DNA of 64,000 nucleotides from an uncultured Thermoplasmata archaeon (GTDB lineage: Archaea; Thermoplasmatota; Thermoplasmata; UBA10834): positions 448,001-512,000 of the forward strand of contig CAVRDX010000001.1 of assembly GCA_963719945.1 (NCBI GenBank), written 5' to 3'. Under the pieces are notes generated by a model. The model did no database searches. It was not told where the DNA came from and saw only the letters and a list, made by a program, of their open reading frames with translations. A program made the translations under genes and the position numbers. Shown piece by piece: positions 59,402-64,000 of the stretch; the stretch's first letter is position 1; each line of letters begins with the position of its first letter.

Positions 59402-60502
59402 ATGGTCAAGGATATTCTGGTTGTCAAAGACTTGCAGGTTTGGTTCCCCGTAAGACAGGGATTCGTCGAGAGTCTAGTCTCAAAGGAGCAGAGGTTTGTG
59501 AAGGCAGTGGATGGCGTCTCATTCAACATCAAGGAGAGGGAGATATTCTGCCTCGTTGGTGAATCCGGATGCGGCAAGACCACCACTGGAAAAGGTATTC
59601 TGAGACTCGTCGAACCGACTGGTGGCAGCGTCAAGTATTACGGCAAAGGCAAGGAGATCCTCCTCAAGGATATGATATCTGAGGCGCTTGCAAAGAAGAA
59701 GATCACGAAGGCGCAGGCTGACAAGATGACGGCTGACAGCGGAATTGATGTCCGTGCTCTCCATAAGGGCAAGATGAAGAAACTCCGCCAGAAGATGCAG
59801 ATCATCTTCCAGGACCCGTATGAATCGCTCAATCCGAAGCAGTCGATTTATGACATAATCGCCGAACCGTTGGTCGTCAACGGGATAGGCTCGACTGAGG
59901 CTGAGAGAGAGAAGAGGGTCATAAAGGCACTCGAGGATGCAGGTCTCAGACCGCCGAAGGACTACATGTGGAGATATCCGCACGAGGTATCTGGAGGTCA
60001 GAGACAGAGGGTAGGCATTGCAGGGTCCCTCGTGCTCGAGCCAGAGTTCCTGGTTGCCGATGAACCGGTCTCTATGCTCGATGTTTCGATCAGGTCCGAG
60101 ATCCTGAAGCTCATGCTCGACCTGAGAGACAACAGAGGTCTCGCATTCCTGTTCATAACGCACGATCTTGGTGTGGCATATGTGTTCAGTGACAGGATCG
60201 GCATCATGTACTTGGGCAAGATCGTGGAGCTTGGGCCAACGGAAGAGGTCGTCAAGAACCCGAAGCACCCGTACACGAAGGCACTGATATCGGTCGTTCC
60301 GACCCCGGATCCTGAGCGGAGGAGAGACAAGATCATCCTCAAGGGCGAGAGACCAGATCCATCGCACATACCTCCAGGATGCAGGTTCCACCCGAGATGC
60401 CCGTTCGTAATGGACATCTGCCGGAAGGAAGCTCCCGCGTCGGTATTCGTATCAGAAGGCCACTGGGTCGCGTGTCACCTCGAGAAGGGGAAGCCCCTAT
60501 AG
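59402..60502 (+). CDS. oppF: oligopeptide ABC transporter ATP-binding protein
   Basis: [38 protein letters not shown]. Confidence 0.94.
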   Translation: MVKDILVVKDLQVWFPVRQGFVESLVSKEQRFVKAVDGVSFNIKEREIFCLVGESGCGKTTTGKGILRLVEPTGGSVKYYGKGKEILLKDMISEALAKKKITKAQADKMTADSGIDVRALHKGKMKKLRQKMQIIFQDPYESLNPKQSIYDIIAEPLVVNGIGSTEAEREKRVIKALEDAGLRPPKDYMWRYPHEVSGGQRQRVGIAGSLVLEPEFLVADEPVSMLDVSIRSEILKLMLDLRDNRGLAFLFITHDLGVAYVFSDRIGIMYLGKIVELGPTEEVVKNPKHPYTKALISVVPTPDPERRRDKIILKGERPDPSHIPPGCRFHPRCPFVMDICRKEAPASVFVSEGHWVACHLEKGKPL

Positions 60503-60659
60503 ACACGGTCTGATCGACCGTTCAGAGGGTCTTTCGATCCAAACCACCTCAAACTCTTTGATTATCTACTTAAGCACTGTCAAGCGAGCATGAGATACTT
60601 TTTTAGTGTGTGGAACGATTGCTCCAGGCTGCCGATGCAGCACATAGATGGTCGATTGA

Positions 60660-61868
60660 ATGAAGGCCAATAAATCAGATACATTCAATAACGTCAAACG
60701 AGCGGTCCCCAAATCGGAGATAGAATCATTGGTCAAGGACCTGGTGAGGATACCTAGCCATAGTCAGGTACCTACTCGCGAGAAAGAGGTCGCAGAGTTC
60801 CTGCACGAGTTCTTGACAGATGAGGGAATCGATTCCAAGCTCAGAAAGGTCGAGAAGGACCGATATAATGTCATAGCGACGCTCAAGGGGTCAGGAACGG
60901 GAAGCAGTCTAATGCTCAATGGGCATCTGGACACAGTCCCTCCGTATGACATGGACATCCCGCCGTTCACGCCAAAGGTTCAGGGAGGGAAGTTGTACGG
61001 ACGCGGCGCCCTCGATATGAAGGGTGGCTTGGGTGCGATGGCAGCGACCATATTGGCACTGGACCGTGCGAAGATAGGCCTGAAAGGCAATGTCTATCTC
61101 ACGGCGGTCGTGGGCGAAGAGGAACGAAGCGAAGGGACCGAGGATATCGTCATCAGAGGCCCCAAGGCAGACATGGCCATAGTGGGGGAACCTACAGACC
61201 TGGAGATTCAACCGTCCCACAGAGGCCTGGAATGGCTCGAGGTGCACTTCTACGGAAAGGCGGCACATGGTGGACAGGCGGCCCAGGGCGTGAATGCGAT
61301 ATCGATGGCCGCGAGGTTCGTCAATCTACTGGATACTGAACTGTTGCCACGTATTCGCGAGCGGAAGAGTGCTCACACGGACCCGCCAACGCTGAATATT
61401 GGCGTGATTCAGGGGGGTCAGCAACCCAGTTCAGTCGCTGATCATTGCGTGGTGAAGATCGATAGACGATGGACTCCAGAGGAGGACCTCCAACAGGTCT
61501 TCAAGGAGATATACAAGTTGTTCGACGAGCTGAAACGCGATGACCCTCATTTCAAGGCGGAGCTCAAGCGAGACTCGACGAACATGAAGACGATGACGCA
61601 TGTGCCAAACGTCGTCCCAACCGATCATAGGTTGGTCAAATCCCTCAGTGAATCCGTGAAGACGGTCACGGGCAAACCAGCAAAGATGACAAGTTTCTGG
61701 GGATGGACGGATGCGGCTCTCCTGACACATTTCGGAAAGACCCCTGCGGTCATATTCGGTCCTGGAGGGAAAGGCGCACACTCGAGAGTGGAATATGTTC
61801 TCGTCGACGATCTGCAGAAGTGCATGCACGTGTACGCCAAGACCGCCATGGACATGTGTGGCGAGTGA
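60660..61868 (+). CDS. M20 family metallopeptidase (ArgE/DapE-like)
   Basis: NGHLDTVP, GRGALDMKGG, GEE, GEPT, FGPG...AH...E. Confidence 0.92.
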   Translation: MKANKSDTFNNVKRAVPKSEIESLVKDLVRIPSHSQVPTREKEVAEFLHEFLTDEGIDSKLRKVEKDRYNVIATLKGSGTGSSLMLNGHLDTVPPYDMDIPPFTPKVQGGKLYGRGALDMKGGLGAMAATILALDRAKIGLKGNVYLTAVVGEEERSEGTEDIVIRGPKADMAIVGEPTDLEIQPSHRGLEWLEVHFYGKAAHGGQAAQGVNAISMAARFVNLLDTELLPRIRERKSAHTDPPTLNIGVIQGGQQPSSVADHCVVKIDRRWTPEEDLQQVFKEIYKLFDELKRDDPHFKAELKRDSTNMKTMTHVPNVVPTDHRLVKSLSESVKTVTGKPAKMTSFWGWTDAALLTHFGKTPAVIFGPGGKGAHSRVEYVLVDDLQKCMHVYAKTAMDMCGE

Positions 61869-61871
61869 GGT

Positions 61872-63482
61872 TCAGGATACACGTGGCTTGTGTCTCAATA
61901 CCTGGCCAGCTCGCTCCTTCGTATGATCTCCATCTTGTATGGTGATGAGGCCGTTTACGAATACATGGACTATTCCTTCTGGATACTGATGAGAGTCTTC
62001 GAACGTAGCCTTGTCTCTGATGGATTCTGGGTCGAACACGACGATGTCCGCAGCCATCCCTTTGGCTAGCATTCCCCGGTCATTAAGACCGATCCGCTCA
62101 GCAGGCGATGAGGTCATCTTCCGAATAGCCTCCTCCATCGAGAATAATCCCTGCTCGATGGAATATCGTCTTATGACCCTGGGGAAAGTTCCGTATGATC
62201 GGGGATGCGTCTGCGTGTCTCCCGTCGGACCATAAGGGGCCTCCGACTCGCCATCTGACCCGATGACAGACAGCGGATGGCTGATCACCGTTTTCACATC
62301 ATCTTCGGATATCTCATGGAATATCGCGAAGGAGCCCAACTCTTCTTCGATGAGAATGTCAAGGGCGAGGTTGTCCGGATCGACTTGCAGCTCGGACGCT
62401 GCGTGCGATATCGACCGATTCTCGAACATGCGATACTTCTCACTCTTCAGCCCAATAAGTACTATCCTGTCCCAGCCATCTTCTGCGACTGTGTTCTCCC
62501 ACTCGGTCTCCTTGTTCAGAAAGGCTCGCTTTATCTCGTCCCTCGTCTCGTCATCTCTTAGTCTCTTCAATATGGAATCTTTCCCACCATCTCGGATGGC
62601 TGGAGGAAGGATTGAATCAAGCCAGGTCGAGGACGCAGTGTAGGGATATACGTCGAAAGCGACATCGACTCCCTCTGATCGGGCAGCCTCGATCATAGCT
62701 ATTGTTTTCTCAACCAAGCCCCAGTTATCTATCCCGATCGCCTTGTGATGAGATATCTGGACGCGACTCGCCGCTTCTCGTCCAATCTGGATCGCCTCGG
62801 CCACTGCTCTCACGACAGTTCTGCCTTCTCCGCGTATATGACTCGCGTATAATCCACCCAAGGATGCGGACGTCGATGCAAGGGCTATCAATTCGTCTGT
62901 GGATGCAAAGCATCCAGGGGCATATATGAGGCCGGAGGATATGCCGTAGGCGCCTTCGATCATGGCCTGTGCCAATAATTCGTTCATCTGCCGTAGCTGG
63001 CTCTCTGTCGCCTTGATATCATCCGCTCCGATCACACCAAGCCTGAGCGTCTCCGCTCCTACGAGTGATGCGACATTTACAGAGGTCCTCACATCCGATA
63101 GATGTAGAAGATATTCATCGAATGTCGACCATGTAATGTCTACCCAGAGTTTCTTTGCTTCTTCCACCGCTTGTTTTTTGGCTGCTCCGATCAGAGGTGC
63201 GGCGGAGCCACCACAATTCCCCATCAGCTCTGTGGTCACTCCCTGTCGTATCTTGCTTTCCGCCAGCGGACATCCCAGGAGGTTGATGTCCGAATGAGTG
63301 TGAATGTCTATGAAGCCTGGGCAGACCACGAGACCTTCGGCATCTATGTTCATGGAAGCTTTGCCATCTCCAGGCTTGTATAGCCTGCCTATCCTGAAGC
63401 CATCGATCACGAGATCCATCTTCACGCCCGGCGAACCCGTTCCATCTATGATTGTCCCGTTACGAATGAGGATGTCGTGCAT
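61872..63482 (-). CDS. N-acyl-D-amino-acid deacylase (D-aminoacylase) family amidohydrolase
   Basis: PGFIDIHTHSD, QGVTTE..GNCG, SGLIYAPG, SHIRGE, HPRSYGTFPR. Confidence 0.9.
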   Translation of the reverse strand: MHDILIRNGTIIDGTGSPGVKMDLVIDGFRIGRLYKPGDGKASMNIDAEGLVVCPGFIDIHTHSDINLLGCPLAESKIRQGVTTELMGNCGGSAAPLIGAAKKQAVEEAKKLWVDITWSTFDEYLLHLSDVRTSVNVASLVGAETLRLGVIGADDIKATESQLRQMNELLAQAMIEGAYGISSGLIYAPGCFASTDELIALASTSASLGGLYASHIRGEGRTVVRAVAEAIQIGREAASRVQISHHKAIGIDNWGLVEKTIAMIEAARSEGVDVAFDVYPYTASSTWLDSILPPAIRDGGKDSILKRLRDDETRDEIKRAFLNKETEWENTVAEDGWDRIVLIGLKSEKYRMFENRSISHAASELQVDPDNLALDILIEEELGSFAIFHEISEDDVKTVISHPLSVIGSDGESEAPYGPTGDTQTHPRSYGTFPRVIRRYSIEQGLFSMEEAIRKMTSSPAERIGLNDRGMLAKGMAADIVVFDPESIRDKATFEDSHQYPEGIVHVFVNGLITIQDGDHTKERAGQVLRHKPRVS

Positions 63483-63608
63483 TAGAAGCCTCCAAGGATC
63501 TCTCTCGAGGGGGAGAGTATCTCCATATTCTATGTCATTTTGGGCTGATTATTTAACATTATGTCGCGCTGACAAGGATTATATCGTATCTGCACATTAA
63601 TCGAAGCG

Positions 63609-64000
63609 ATGAAGTACGAGTTCCGTTTTGAGAAATATCAGGGCTGTGGGAATGATTTCATCCTTAAGGATGAGATGGATGATGACAGAATTCCTGATGA
63701 TCACAGAAGCGAGATGGCAAAGTTCCTTTGGGATAGGCATTTCTGGGTAGGCGCGGATGGAGTCCTATTCGTCGAGAAAGCTCCTGGAGTCGACGGATCG
63801 ATGCGCCTCTTCGAGCCTGCCGGGAACGAGGCCGATATGTGTGGGAACGGACTCAGATGCGTGGCCGCTTTCCTGATGGAGAAGCTTGGCAAGAATACGG
63901 TAGACGTCCTCACGAAGGATGGAGTCAAGCATGTCGAACGCACGCCAGAGGGAATCAGGGTGGATATGGGATTGGTGAGGACCCTCCGGAAGGACTTGGA
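63609..64000 (+). CDS. dapF: diaminopimelate epimerase family protein (truncated by window edge; absent from the ORF track)
   Basis: Hand translation MKYEFRFEKYQGCGNDF...DRHFWVGADG...EADMCGNGLRC...VDMG. Confidence 0.9.
   Translation, partial: MKYEFRFEKYQGCGNDFILKDEMDDDRIPDDHRSEMAKFLWDRHFWVGADGVLFVEKAPGVDGSMRLFEPAGNEADMCGNGLRCVAAFLMEKLGKNTVDVLTKDGVKHVERTPEGIRVDMGLVRTLRKDL

Overview
This is a gene-dense archaeal chromosome segment, most consistent with Thermoplasmatota (TBP, Rpo7/Spt4, archaeal ribosomal proteins, SRP54 plus 7S RNA, FEN1, DUF835 proteins, AcnX-type mevalonate enzymes). It is mostly housekeeping: porAB, leuS, the rps19e-aIF6 operon, purB, trmY, srp54, a frameshifted hppA, the rpo7-spt4-rps24e-rps27ae operon, ileS, fen1, rpe and rnz. 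It also carries a split Opp peptide ABC transporter, a peptide/D-amino-acid cluster, a KaiC-type signalling locus, and an AT-richer ~4 kb patch of small membrane genes beside tRNA-Ala. The strongest new candidate is a cell-division regulatory module. A double ribbon-helix-helix (CdrS-like) gene sits upstream of a truncated FtsZ that lacks the T7 loop and C-terminal domain. About 32 kb away is an unannotated hairpin sRNA (~36079-36152, minus strand) whose loop is perfectly complementary over 14 nt to that operon's ribosome-binding region. Other notable items are an unannotated pseudoknotted RNA next to the SRP RNA, a UGAC helix-8 loop in the SRP RNA, a T-loop (59/60) BHB intron in tRNA-Arg(CCG), an IleRS-HhH-DUF835 fusion, and a DUF126-Nudix fusion starting at ACG. 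No CRISPR array, transposase or integrase was seen. All assignments come from reading motifs by eye; no database search was run.
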